From contig JBHGNT010000004.1 in NCBI GenBank assembly GCA_043228905.1, positions 14,756,001-14,820,000 of the forward strand: DNA of 64,000 bases, in the 5' to 3' direction. The notes under the pieces were generated by a model that saw nothing but the letters and a program-made list of their open reading frames with translations, had not been told where the DNA came from and ran no database searches. The position numbers were made by a program, and so were the translations under genes. Source of the stretch: Azolla caroliniana (lineage: Eukaryota > Plantae > Polypodiophyta). Shown here one piece after another: positions 13,393 through 26,302 of this stretch. The first letter of the stretch is position 1; each line of letters starts with the position of its first letter.

Positions 13393-13793
13393 TGTTGGCT
13401 GGTTAAGGGCCAAAGGATAACTGGGAAAAGGGCGAGTCGGAGATATATATATATATTTAGAAATAAATAGAATTAGTATTCGGAGGGACAGATCCGGTAT
13501 AGTTGCACCGATCCGGATCTGAACCGATTCGTAGCCGGTTGCCGAAAAGGCATAGTTTTGTAATGACACCGGATTCCTATAAAAGGATTCGAACCGATGT
13601 AATGTTTATGGAAGTAATAGAAGATTACATATATCAATTAATTAATGCTTGCGTCTTGTATACTTGCCGTCTGCGGTTAATATTAAGATCTTACGCGTGT
13701 TAATTACGGAAGCATCCTAACCTTACCACCCTTTGGAGAAGTGTTCCGGAAGAGGACACCTTGTGTTGTGGCTAGTCCGGCCAAGGATCAACA
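13393..13793 (+). repeat. 3' LTR of element F
   Basis: TGTTGG...TCAACA; followed by GTGTT (reverse complement of TSD AACAC at 49717-49721). Confidence 0.9.
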
Positions 13794-16710
13794 GTGTTAC
13801 GGAGAGAGCAATATGCCGTCAAGGGTGTGGATCACTTCGATCCCGAGGATGTAATGAAGGTTCCCCAGGTCCTTCATTTCGAATGCATCCGACAATTGGG
13901 ATAACACTCGACCGATTTCAATGAGGCTAGGTCCGGTGATAACTAGATCATCCACGTATAACAAGATACATACCGGACCTTTCTGGATGAACAATGAAGA
14001 CTTCGACTTTGAGGCCGCAAACCCCATCTTACGCAACCGGTACGTGATCTTTGAATTCCAAGCGCGGTTGGCTTGCTTCAAGCCGTAAAGCGACTTTTGG
14101 AGTCGGCACACTGCTAACTTGTTCATAACCGACTGAAATCCGGGGGCTAGATCATGTAGAACCGTTCTTCAAGATCGCCTTGAAGAAGCACATTCTTCAC
14201 GTCCACTTGGTGAAGATGCCACCCCCTTGCCGCAAAAACTACTAGCACCACACGAACCGTCGTTATCTTCATGACGCGAGCGAAGGTCTCATCGTACTCG
14301 ATTTAGTGGGTTTGCGTGTATCCTTTGGCCACTAACCGAGGCTTGTACAGGTTGACCGAACCGTCAACATTATACTTTACCTTGTACACCCACTTGCAAC
14401 CGATCAGTTTGCAATGTCGGGGAGGGTCAACCAGGTCCTATGTGTCATTGGCATCAAGTCCCCGCATCTCTTCCTCCATTGTGGCACGCCAATGTGTGTC
14501 CCTTGCCGCTTTTCCTTCACTCCTCGGGTCACACACTTCCACCACTTTCATTATGTACGCATAGTGATGCACCATGTAGTCATTATAAGCATACCGTTTG
14601 ACACATGGTTGTTTATGTACCTGTATTTAACGTTTAAATACGTATAATACCTCCTAATTTGTATAGTACATAGTATACCTCAATGTTGTTCAGTCAAATA
14701 TCATGCATTTGTCCTATACGGTATTTAACGTACATTTGGAAAAATGGGTATAATACGTATTTATAAAAAAATGTAAGTAAAACCCCAACAAAAAGCAAAA
14801 GAAATAAAAGATTTTAGTGAAAAAGAAGCAAAACGAAGGAAGAAAGAAGAACAAAAGAGATGCCGACGATGAAGAAGGAGAAAAAGAGAGAAAAGAAGAC
14901 AGAAAACTGTCATGATGCCGATTGTGATAATCACAGAAGATAGAAGAAGAAGATGATGATGAATAAGATAGAAAAGAAGAGAGAAACCTATAATGAGTGT
15001 GATAATAGTAAAAGATTCCTCAATCTATATAGGCATAATCGTAAATAATTACAATTTGAAGTAGAACATCGTGATAATCACTCTGATTTATAGAACAAGT
15101 GAATGTTGACATCCATATTATAAAGCATTTTAGGATGTAGAACTATAATGTATACCACAAAATTGTGTAAACATAGATGCTTTTTACAATATTACGAATA
15201 TTTTTTAGAAAGGTAAATAATTTTCAAATTCTAGAAGTATTTAATGTACTATATGTAAAATACATATTTTATAAGTATTTAACCTATTAAAAAACGTATT
15301 TAACGTATTTTTAAATTGGGAGGTACTATACGTGTATTAATACGTTATATACGTAAGGTATTCGTACCTTACCTAACGTACCTAACAACCTTGGTTTGAT
15401 GGGGTTCTTCTGGTGGTCGATCAGCGTAACTTCGCGTTTGTCGATTGCAATGCCCTCTTGGCCGGCTCGGACTTCGTTCCCGAAGGTCCGTCTTCGGAGT
15501 CAGACTTGCTCTGATCCGACTCTTCTCTTCCGGTGTTGTACTCCGGCATTTTCTTCTTCCCCTTCTCGTTGCGCGTGAACCGTCTCCTTGATTCCTTGCG
15601 CGGGGAGAGCACGACCGAGTCTCCACTACTCGCTGGCTCTTCATCTGACTGATCATTCCGAGTTAGTCGCTCATTTGGCCCACTTAGCCGGAATGATATC
15701 AGACTCTCATCTAGACTACAAATTCCTGCTTCATCATTTGCCCGAATCATTTCGGGCTCACTGGCCTCATCCTCTGGAATCGGGTTGTAGTCGAAGTTTC
15801 AAGTCGGTGAGTACCATGATGCCAACTCATCAAATTTGACAACTCAGCTTAATCTTACTTGCTTGATTCGGGGGTTGTAGCACTTATACCCCTTCTACTT
15901 GTGTGAGTAACTGACAAGGATGCACTTCTCCGACTTTGGGTCCGGCTTTCTCTGCTTCTCATCCGGCACATGCACATATGCAATCCTACTGAATATCTTA
16001 AGGTGTCTTAAATTTGGTTGCGCCCGAAATACAGCTCGTGTGCTGACACCTTATCCCCAATCTGGTTTTGGATTTAGACGCCCGTCCGGATTGCTTTGGC
16101 CCAGTAGAACTTGGGCATGCTCTTCTCTTCCAACATTGCTTGTGCCGCCCCCACAATTGACCGGTTCTTCCTTTCGACCACACCGCTTTGTTCCGATGTG
16201 TATCGGCAACTGAATTCCCTCTCAATTCCTTTCTATTGCAGATAACTGTTGAATTGGCCGGAAGAGTATTCTTTTCCGCCATTCGACCGCAAGCACTTGA
16301 TCTTCCTCTCAGTTTCCCATTCTACAAGACTTTGCAGGTTCCGGAAACAGTCGAAAACGTTGCTTTTCCTTTCGATTAGGTAGATCCATGTGTGGCGACT
16401 ATAGTCGTCGATGAAGGAGACGAAATATCAGCTCCCGCCAAGACTAACGTTGTGTGCCGGTCCCCAAACATCTGAATGTATCAAGTCGAGCTTGTTACGG
16501 CTCTAGTTTCTTTCGGTGGGGAACGGAAGCCGGTGTTGGTTCCCGAGCTGGCAAGCTTCACATATTTGGGCCTTCCAACCATTGAATTTCGATAATCCAA
16601 AAAAAACCTGTTTCGATTGCAGGTCTTGAAGGCTCCAGTAATTGACATGGACGATCCGCTTGTTCCGCAGATCGATGTCTGACTCGATCTTCAGTCCTTT
16701 TGCAAACAAA
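13794..16710 (-). mobile_element. 5' half of Ty1/copia element G (GAG-pre-integrase, integrase, RT), decayed
   Basis: ICEACQLGNQHRLPF, CRLQKSLYGLKQA, LLYVDDL, MKDLG motifs on minus strand; continues at 49717 on + strand. Confidence 0.88.
14604..15393. mobile_element. Non-autonomous hAT-type MITE inserted in copia G
   Basis: Imperfect TIRs CATGGTTGTT / AACAACCTTG; 8-bp TSD GTTTGACA / GTTTGATG (both derivable from GTTTGACG); AT-rich non-coding interior; interrupts a continuous copia frame. Confidence 0.78.
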
Positions 16711-16734
16711 ACGGTGCCTACGTCGTTGGTGTTT

Positions 16735-18245
16735 AGTAGGAAGTTGGATGCCAAAGCTGAAAAGTGTATCTTGATCGGTTATTCAGACGAGCAGAAGGGG
16801 TATAAGTGCTATAACCCCCGAACGAAGGAAGTATGCGTAAGCCGAGATGTCGTGTTCAATGAGTCCACTTCCTGGTACTTGCCTTTAGCTCCAATATCAC
16901 ATGACTCCATTCTGAATTCTGAAGAAGAAGTCATCGAGGTCGAGCTGCCTCCGTGTGATGAGGAAATCGGAGCTCTGACAGAGAGTCCGATCTCATTTCG
17001 GTTAAGTGGGCCGAATGAGGGGTTGGGTTGAGAAGGCCAACCAAATGAAGAGCCGATGAGTAGTGGAGACTCGGCCGTGTTGTCCCCGTGTAAAGAATCG
17101 AGGAGACGGTTTACGCGTAAAGAAAAAGGGAAGAAGAAAATGTCGGAATACCATTTTGGTAGTGCCGAGTCAGATCGGAGCGAATCTTACTTTGGGCCAA
17201 TCGAGAAGGAACGTCCACGGAAGAGGTCAGAATCGACCGAAAAGGTTGTGAAATCAGGTAATCACGAATTACGCCGATCTACCCGCCTGAGGAACCCCGT
17301 AAGGAGGTACGGGTATAATGAGTACATGGCGCATCATTATGTGTACATGACGTGAGTGGCGGAAGTGCGTGAGCCAGAGAGCTATGCAGAAGTGGCGAAA
17401 GACGCCAATTGGCGTGCCGCGATGGAGGAAGAGATGCGCGCTTTAACGGACAATGAGACTTGGGACATGGTTGATGTACTGGACGGTGTAAAGCTGATCG
17501 GATTTAGATGGGTGTATAAGGTGAAATACAACATCGACGGCTCCGTCAATCGATATAAGGCCCGTTTGGTTGCGAAAGGCTACGCACAGAAGCACAACAT
17601 AAATTATGATGAGACCTTAGCTCCAGTCGCGAAGATGACTACCGTGCGAGTTCTACTACCAGTAGTTGTGGCGAAGGGGTGGCATCTACATCAGATGGAT
17701 GTAAAGAATGCATTCCTGCAAGGTGATCTTGCGGAACAGGTGTACATGGTACAACCGCCCGGATTTCTATCCGAACAAAACTCTTCGGCAATTTGTCGAT
17801 TGAAGAAGGCGTTATACGGCCTTAAGCAAGCCGTGCGAGCTTAGAACGCGAAGTTTATGCAACAGTTGCGTAGAATGGGGTTTACGACGTCCAAATTGGA
17901 CTCTTCATTATTCGTTCAGCAAGGTCGACATGGACCGGTTTGTCTTTAACTTTATGTTGATGATTTAGTCATCGACGATGCCGACCTGGAAGAAATTGGC
18001 TGCGTCAAGTCTCAGCTTGCGGCATCGTTCGAAATGAAGGATCTTGGTGACCTTCATTACTTCCTCGGTATCGAAGTGGTCCATTCCCCCGAAGGCATAT
18101 TGATCAGTCAGCGTCATTACGCACTTAATATGATTTTGAAGTTCCGGATGGTAGATTGTAAGCCGATCTCAACCCCTCTAGATAGAGACGTAAAGCCTCG
18201 CCGGGTTTCGGGAAAGGCGTGCGACTCGACACGGTTTGGACAGAT
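16735..18245 (+). mobile_element. Ty1/copia fragment G' (integrase C-terminus to RT), same family as G
   Basis: [47 protein letters not shown] motifs. Confidence 0.88.
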
Positions 18246-18249
18246 TCTT

Positions 18250-18710
18250 GATGCAATTGTTTTGGCCAACATTTTAGAGATAGTTAGAGATCCTAATATT
18301 ATGAATAATCCACCCTTGTCAAATAAGTTTGAAGTCCTAAGCCAATTAGAAGAGGAGTCAAACGAATAAGTCCGGCCAAAATAGGAGTCATTTGGTTGGA
18401 CAACTCTAGATCTATACAACCTAGTGTAGGTTCCATTTCTTCCAAGCATGTTAGTAGAGTCTTCTCAGCCCAAGTAAAGTTACGACACCAAGTTGTCAAC
18501 TTCAAGTCCAAGCCCTCTTAGATACCGGTGCCAATTCTTGTTTCATGGATAGAGATTTTGCCCAAAAACATCAAATATCCTTGCATAACCTTCCTTGTCT
18601 GGTTTCTCTAGAAGTGATTGATGGACATCCCATAGCTTCCGGGAAGATATTCGAAGAGTCTGAGCCAATCCACATACTCTTAGGTCATTTAGGATGTGTA
18701 GTTTCCTTTA
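18250..18710 (+). pseudogene. Ty3/gypsy (chromovirus-like) gag end/protease fragment
   Basis: In-frame ALLDTGANSCFMDRDFAQKHQI...LEVIDGHPIASG upstream of and within ORF 18545-18754. Confidence 0.72.
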
Positions 18711-21529
18711 ACAAGTTGCGGTTTACCGGAGCCGAATCGGAGACACAGACTTGAGGTGCCTTTCAAGTATCGGAGTATCCATTTTACCGCATTCCAGTGC
18801 TCCTTGCCGGGATTGCTCATAAACCGGCTCACCACTCCGACTGCATATCCGATATCCGGTCGAGTACACACCATTACATACATTAGGCTCCCGACGGTAG
18901 AGGCATATGGTATTTTCATCATATCTTCCTTCTATGCCTTCGTTTTCGGGGTATGCTTACCAGATAACCTGCAGTTTGCCGGAAGTGTCGATCTGACCGG
19001 TTTCGCATCTGACATGTAGAACCGCTGAAGCACCTTTGTCACGTACTTCTCCCGTGACAGCCACAATTGCTTCGTTGGCCGGTCCTGGATGATATGCATC
19101 CCTAGCATTTGTCTTGCCGGACCCAAGTCTTTCATTGAGAAGGTCCGGTTTAGGGCCTTCTTCAGCATCTGTATCTTGACTTGGTCTCATCTGACGATCA
19201 ACATGTCGTCCACGTACAAGAGGAGTATCAGGAAGTCTCCACCTTTGAACTTCTTCACAAATACGCAATGATCGGCCTGCGTCTTGTGGTACCCTTGATC
19301 GGTCATGAAGGAGTCGAACTTCTGGTACCATTGCCGGGGAGCCTGCTTCAAGCCGTAGAGACTCTTTTTTAACCGGGAAACTAGGTGCTCCTTCCCTTTC
19401 TTCACAAATCCCTCCGGTTGTTGCATGTAGATCTCCTCTTCGACGTCTTCACGTCTAACTGCTCTACCTCAAGTTCCATGCTTGCCGCTATGCTCAGCAC
19501 CGTCCGGATGGAAGTCATCTTTACTACCGAGGCAAATATCTCGTCGAAGTCCACACCCTTCTTCTGCTGGAACCCCTTCACCACGATCCTGGCTTTGTAC
19601 CTTGGAGGGTTGCCGCATCTCCCGGTTTCAACTTCTACACCCACTTGTTTCGGAGTTCCCTCTTTCCTTTCGGCAACTCCACCAATTCATACGTGTGGTT
19701 CTCATGCAAGGAATCCATCTCATCCTGCATGGCACTCAACCACTTGCGGCTATGGGTGTGATCGTTCGCTTCTTCGAAGCTTTCCGGCTCCCCCTCATCA
19801 GTCAGCAACACATGCTCTGCATCTAGAAATCTCCGGGGGGGCCTTCTCTCTCTGATAGGATATCTCCGTCTTTGGCTTTCGGCAGTCGGCTCCTCTATTT
19901 GTTCTTCATCCGAATCCGTTTCGGGGTCTTGGCTGGTTTCGATTTCAGCTCCCTCTACTTCTTCTGCCGGTTCGGTATCCTCACCGTAACTGGCTGGTTC
20001 CTCGAGTGTCAACCAGTCTTAGTCGGGTGGGTCCGAATCTCATCGGAGTTCATTTTCTTCTTCTCCGACTCCCAATCGGCAAGAGTCTTGTCCTCCATGA
20101 AGATAATATCTCAGCTCCGGAAAACCTTCTTGTCAACCGGATCCCACACTTGGTAGCTGAACTCATCATTGTGGTATCCGAGGAATATGCATGGCCGGGT
20201 CTTTGGATCCAACTTTCCTCTCCGGTCCTTAGCAATATGCACGTACGCGAGACACCCGAACACCTTCAAATGCCGGTAGGACACTTCCTTACCGGTCCAC
20301 ACCTTTTGCGGCGTGTCTCCATCCAAGGGCACTGAGGGTGATCTGTTTATCACATACGTCGTTGTCGACAGTGCCTCAACCCAAAACGTCTTGGGTAGTT
20401 TAGCATGTGCTAGCATACTCCGAACCCTCTCCATTATGGTCCAGTTCATCCTCTTGGCTAGCCCATTTAGTTCCAGAGTCTTTGGCATGGTAAATTCGAG
20501 CCGGATTCCCTTCGAGTGGCAGTACTCCTCGAACTGCCCCCAGTATTCCCCTTCGTTATCTGCTCGAACCGCCGTCAGCTTCCGTCCGGTTTCTCTTTCC
20601 ACTGTTGCGTGGAGCTCCTTGAAGATGGATAACACCTGATCCTTTGTCTTCAACAGTGTGGGCCACAGCCTCCTGCTGTGGTCATCTATGAACGACACGA
20701 AGTACTGCGCTCCGGCATGGGACTTCATGTCCACTTGACACACATTGGTATGCACCAACTCCAATGGTGCATTACGTCTCATCGGTGGCCTTGACTGGAA
20801 GGAGGTCCGGTTCTACTTACCGGCTAGGCAGTCGGTGCACCTCTCAAGATGCACGTTCTTCACCGAAATGAGTTTGTCATCGGCAAGCCTCTTCATCCCC
20901 TTCACACTCATGTGACACAGTCTCTTGTGCCACAACTCACTTGCAATGTCGGAAGCCACGTTCACTTCTTCCAGGCATAACCGGGCATTCATCAAGTACT
21001 GCGAGTTGACCTTCTGCGCCCGAGCCACTATCGGGCTCCCTTTGCTGAATTTCATGACTCCGTTCCAGATGCTACCCGTGTAGCCTTCATTATCTAGCCG
21101 ACCGGCTGATATCAGGTTCAGTTGAACCTCCGGAACGTGTCGGACATCCTTCAGCAGCAGCTTGCATCTGGTTGGTGTTGTTAACCACACATCTCCTATG
21201 CCGACAATTCGGCATGTACCTTCATTCCCCATCCGGACACAACTGTGATCACCAGCTTTGTAGGATGAGAAGCATTTCCGGTCCGGGGTAAGGTGGAACG
21301 ACGCTCCGAAATCGACAACTCACATTGTCTCCTCGCCGGCAAGGTTCAACTCACTTGTCTCCTCGGTGATGAGCATCAACTCTTCTTCACTTGTTGCGAT
21401 TGCCGTCGTTCCCTTCCGGTCCGGTCCCCTCCGGTCTTTACCGTTCAAGTCCAGTGTCCGCTTCGAATCGGTACCGTCGGTTTCCTTGTCTTTTCGGAAG
21501 TGCCGACAGTTCTTTCGGAAGTGTCCCGG
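18711..21529 (-). mobile_element. Ty1/copia element H (Tork/Tnt1-like) internal region, truncated at both ends
   Basis: GHFRKNC knuckle end, LWHKRLCHMS, integrase ORF 20111-20782, RT YKARIVVKG, LLYVDDML, PYASTVGSLMYVMVCTRPDI. Confidence 0.92.
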
Positions 21530-22793
21530 TGTCGTGACGTGGCTCGCCTCGAAGTGTAGCGTTGTGCACACAAAGGATAACGTGAAAGTGAGGAAGGAAT
21601 CACTGGGATTATGGATGGAAGAGACAAAAGACACAAAGGATAACGTGAAAGTGAGGAAGGAATCACTGGGATTATGGATGGAAGAGACAAAAGACACAAA
21701 GGATAACGTGAAAGTGAGGAAGGAATCACTGGGATTATGGATGGAAGAGACGAAAGAGTAGAGATGGAGTGAATAGAGATCAATAAGATATTAAAAAATA
21801 GGATTTTTAAGGAATATAAGATAAGACAAGATAAGATATAAAATAATATATGAGAAAGTGTATGAAATTTATAATCATTTTCAGGAAAGAGTTACAAAAT
21901 GATTGTACACGTCGTTGAACCTCCGAACTTTGTCTTGCAAGGTAATCGCTCTTCTCTTTCTTGATCATAGACCACTACAATCTTCACTTCAATATTTTGA
22001 TGAAGATAAGGCTCGAACCTTCTCCCTCTTTTTGATAGTTGACCACCACGACCGCCAAGCTAAAGCTCCACCTTTATGTTAAACTTCTTCCCTTCTTTAT
22101 CTATTTTTGTGGTATCTCTTATGTAATACATAATTTGATTGATATCTCATACATCTCTTTTTTATCTTCTCTTTCACCATTTAAATAGGTTCCCCCATGC
22201 ATATGATGCATTGGAGGGTACAAGTCATGCATGTAGTGCATGAAATGCATGTGATGCATGATCGCCATTTGGCGTTCATGCATTACATGTGATGCATGAT
22301 AAACATCTCGCTCATTTGAGCTTTTATGTATGAAACAATATATGCAATAACAATAAACATGAAAATATAATTTTAAAGAGAAAGGGCCTAGCCTAATGGT
22401 AGGTGTGTTGACTTTGGTGTATACGGTTGTGGGTTTGATTCTCAAGATGCTATTGAATACAACATACAACTTTATTTTTATATCATGAAGAAAATCCTTT
22501 ATGTAATATAAAGTATATATAAAGTATGCTTTATTTTATGTATATTACTAGTATAGAATAAATGGTAAGATTTGAGAGTCATAGGGTGGGGTTATTGGTT
22601 CAAGTCCTCTCTTGTTCGTGTAATATAATATATTTATCTATGTATATATATATTATTTTTCTTTACATATATATAATATTATCATATGTGTTGTTAATAT
22701 TATCTTTATATATAAAACATTATCAAATGTTATTTTAGTTACGTATTTATCTTATTGTAGACTTTTAATGTGAAGCTTTCGTAATTCACGACA
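21530..22793 (-). repeat. 3' LTR of element C
   Basis: Duplicate of 28532-29685 plus a triplicated 63-bp unit. Confidence 0.93.
21568..21758 (+). repeat. 3 x 63-bp tandem repeat in C 3' LTR
   Basis: CAAAGGATAACGTG recurs at 21571, 21634, 21697; single copy in the other LTR. Confidence 0.95.
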
Positions 22794-22833
22794 TCCACCC
22801 CCTGTAGACCTGCACATCCTCTGGCATGTGCCA

Positions 22834-25800
22834 CTATCTTTCATCTTCATGTTGATCTATTGGAGGAGGTTCAAGCTCAAACCTTTTCTTAAATACTTTT
22901 ATCCTCTTTCCAGCTACCACGTTTAGGATTAGTGTCCCATCCAATTCACTAATCTTATACGTAAAGTTATCATATACTTTTCTTACTATATAAGGCCCAA
23001 ACCATCTTTCAGCGAACTTGCGGACGGTGCTATGTTGATTATCTAAACTACTATCATACACGAGCACCCAATCTCCTTCTTCTATTTTCGTAGGTTGAAT
23101 TCTATGAGTTTTATCAAAACGGATTTTATTCTTTAGTCGAGCCTCCTTCAATCGTTGGGCTGCTATTTCTATATCTTCAGGTCAACGCTCTAATTGTTGA
23201 ATACGCAAAGCAAGTAAAGTAATTCTTCTCTGCTCACCTCTTCTCTCCATTGAGTAGATATCCATGACATAATTGATTCTTCTATCGGCATGATGGGGTT
23301 TTGGCCAAGTATAAATTCAGTTGGCATGTATCCTGTTACTGAACAATGAGTTGTTCGATCTGCCCATAGTGCATAAGGTAGCATGTATGGCCAATCTCTT
23401 ATTTTACCTTTATAGCTTTTCACAATCGCCTTAACTATTGGGCTATGTCCTCTTTCAATCTTTCCATTGGCTTCTGGATTATACGCAGTTGTAAGTGATA
23501 ATTTGACCCCTATTCGGCTCAAGAATTCTCTAGCTTCATCAGAGTCAAGTTCTCCTCTATCTGCAATTATTTTACCAACACACCCATAACAACATATTAC
23601 ATCTTCTAACAAAAATTTACATACAGCTCTAGTTGTTTTTTGTCGTAGTGGTCTTCCTTCTACTTGGTTTGTAAGGTCTTCTCTTGCTAGTACTAAATAT
23701 CGCATTTGACCTTCCCCAAGTGGCATTGTCACTAGATCAACCATCCATTTATAATGCATTGATGATGAATATGTTGGTTTTAGCTCATCTCGATACTGGA
23801 TAGTTGAATACCTCTGGCAAACCTCACAGGTTTCCACAAATTTCATTACATCTTTATACATATGTGGCCACCAATACTTTTCTTTCAACTTCATAAATGT
23901 CGCCCATATGCCTCTATGTCCTGCCCACAAACTATCATGGAATTCATTAATTAATTTTCTCTTAATGTCATCCTTACAAATGACTCGAAGAGGATTTTCG
24001 GTTGGCCTTTTTGGACACCTCCATTAATGCCCTTCATGTAAAAAAATCTTGAATGCTCCTCTTCGAAATTCATTTAATTGTTTCTTCGACCATGATGGGT
24101 TGGCTTCTTGAGTCTTTAGAAAATTTCCTATTTCTAACCATTGACCTTCATACTCTGTGTCTTTGAACATTATACTTACATTAAACTCATCATGAGGCGC
24201 AATAGATTCTTGATGAGCAAATTGATGGCTTGTAGTTGCCCAGTTCTTATATTCAGTTTGCATCACCTTTTCATTTATGAACCTTGCCCTTGACAGCATA
24301 TCTGCAACTGGGTTGTCTTTTCCCTTTATATGCCGCAATTCTGGGTTCATGGTTCTGATGTATGCAATCCACCGAAGCATTGCAATATCTGGTGTCGTGC
24401 AACTTGCTATCATTCCAATGAGTGGAAAACAATCTGTTTCAACCACTACATCTGCTCCGATCAAGTAATCTCTATCTGTTTTTAATGCAGTAAGCAAACC
24501 CCACAATTCTCGTTTAACTTGTGCATAGTTTCTTTGTCTTTCATTTAATATCTTTGCTCCAAATCTAATAGCATATCGATGTTGGTTTTCATCTTCTTGG
24601 TTGATAACCCAACCGATTCTGATTGGGCTAGTATCAACTGTTACTATAATTGGTCTTTCACCTTTGTAGTCTGGTTGACGAAGAACTGGTGCTTTCAGTA
24701 ATGCTTCTTTCAGCTGTTGAACAACTTGCGTATGTTCATCAGTCCAAATAAACTTCTTTCCTTTTCTTAAAAGTTGGTAGAGAGGATCTGAGACATGTGC
24801 AAAGTGTGGTAACCAAATATGATAAAACACACATGCACCCAAAAATCTTCTCACCTCTGTTACCGAATCGCAAACTTCCTTCATATTTTGTATTGCGTTA
24901 ATTTTGATCGGTGAAGGCTTCCTCCCATACCACCCACACATATGACCAACTATTAGAACTTCGTTTTGCCCAAAGCAAGACTTTGTTCCTGATAGTGTCA
25001 AATGTACCTGCTCAAGCTTATTTAAAATACTTTCACAGTCATTAATGTGATCCATCACAAACTTTCTACAACCATTTCCAACCATAGTCTCATCTTTCTC
25101 TCTTTCTAAGCATCCCTTAATAGGAATATCATCTAAAAATGGCATAGTTACCTTTGGAATGTATTCATGTAGAACTTTGTTCATTGCATTCATCATATGA
25201 GCAACCGAATTCGTCGCACCTTGAGGTAGAGTGCACATTCGAACCAACCCAATTGGTGTTTTCATTGTTGTGATATTGCGACTATCAATTGCTAGTTGAA
25301 ATTGGTCGTATCCTGAATATAGGTCTCCCATAGAGTAAATCGCTCTTCCAGCAAACGCTTCCGCAAATTCATCAACGATCGGTCCGATTCCCGCATTTCG
25401 GATTGTAACTTTGTTGACTGGTTGTAGATCTTGAATGAATCTTTGAGAACCATCTTTCTTTGGAACTGTGAACCATCTATTGGAGTATGGTGCATTTGAA
25501 GGCTCTAAAATCTTCATCTTGACTTTATCCTTCAGTAACTCCAACAATTGAGGTAATCGAGCTCTCGGTACTGCAATAGGTTTAAAATTCCAAGGAATAT
25601 GAGGGATAGTAAATATTACCATTGGCATCACCACCTTTGGATTTACACAACCAATCTCCTTAGCTTTGAATGCGAACGCTTTCCCATGCCTAAAGATCAT
25701 TTCTTTGAAAGTCGCGATCTCTGATTGCAGAAGAAATTCACCCCTTCCGATTCTCAAGTTATTTATTGTCTCCGAAGTGAAGTGATGTCCGATCTTCTCT

Positions 25801-26302
25801 ATTGGTCGAAGCATAGGCTCGGTTGATGCTGCCTACATCTTCTCTTCACTACCAATAGGTAATGGTACTGCAGCAGGTTTGACCTTTTTATCTATTGTTT
25901 TGTATTTTGTATTACATAAACTTTCTACTTCTTCATATTTACAATTATACCTATCAATCTCATAATACATATCAATTGAGTTTACATGTATCTTTCTAAC
26001 ATTCTCATCATCTTCTTTCAAATACATTTCTAACTCTTCTAAAGTATTTGCAAAAGAAATTTCTTCCATAACACTTTCAATCTGCTCTTCCATTTCAAGT
26101 ACTCCATTATCCTTCAATGCCTATTGAAACAGATTAGCATTCTTTTTCAAGTTCCTCTTGCATTCATACATCCTAGTCACACATATAGCACCACTTTCAG
26201 AAACATGAAATGACTTATTCATATGTTGTAATGCCCTATATGAGGGTCTTTTAATAATGGAACTATTGCAACCCTCACTCGCAACAGTCCTAGTCAAAAA
26301 CC
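22834..26302 (-). pseudogene. pol of element C (RT-RH-INT) with nonsense/frameshift lesions
   Basis: Same-frame ORFs 26121-26369, 25833-26117, 24024-25814 (FLDD, DTSP), then 23190-23930 and 22834-23151. Confidence 0.93.

Larger units (their letters stand above)
9349..13793 (+). mobile_element. 3' half of Athila/Phygy-like Ty3/gypsy element F (integrase C-half, extra ORF, 3' LTR)
   Basis: STPYYPHANGLAESTNK, ALWAYRITYK, PFQLAF, GPFWV integrase motifs; LTR 13393-13793 matches 49343-49716 in reverse. Confidence 0.88.
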
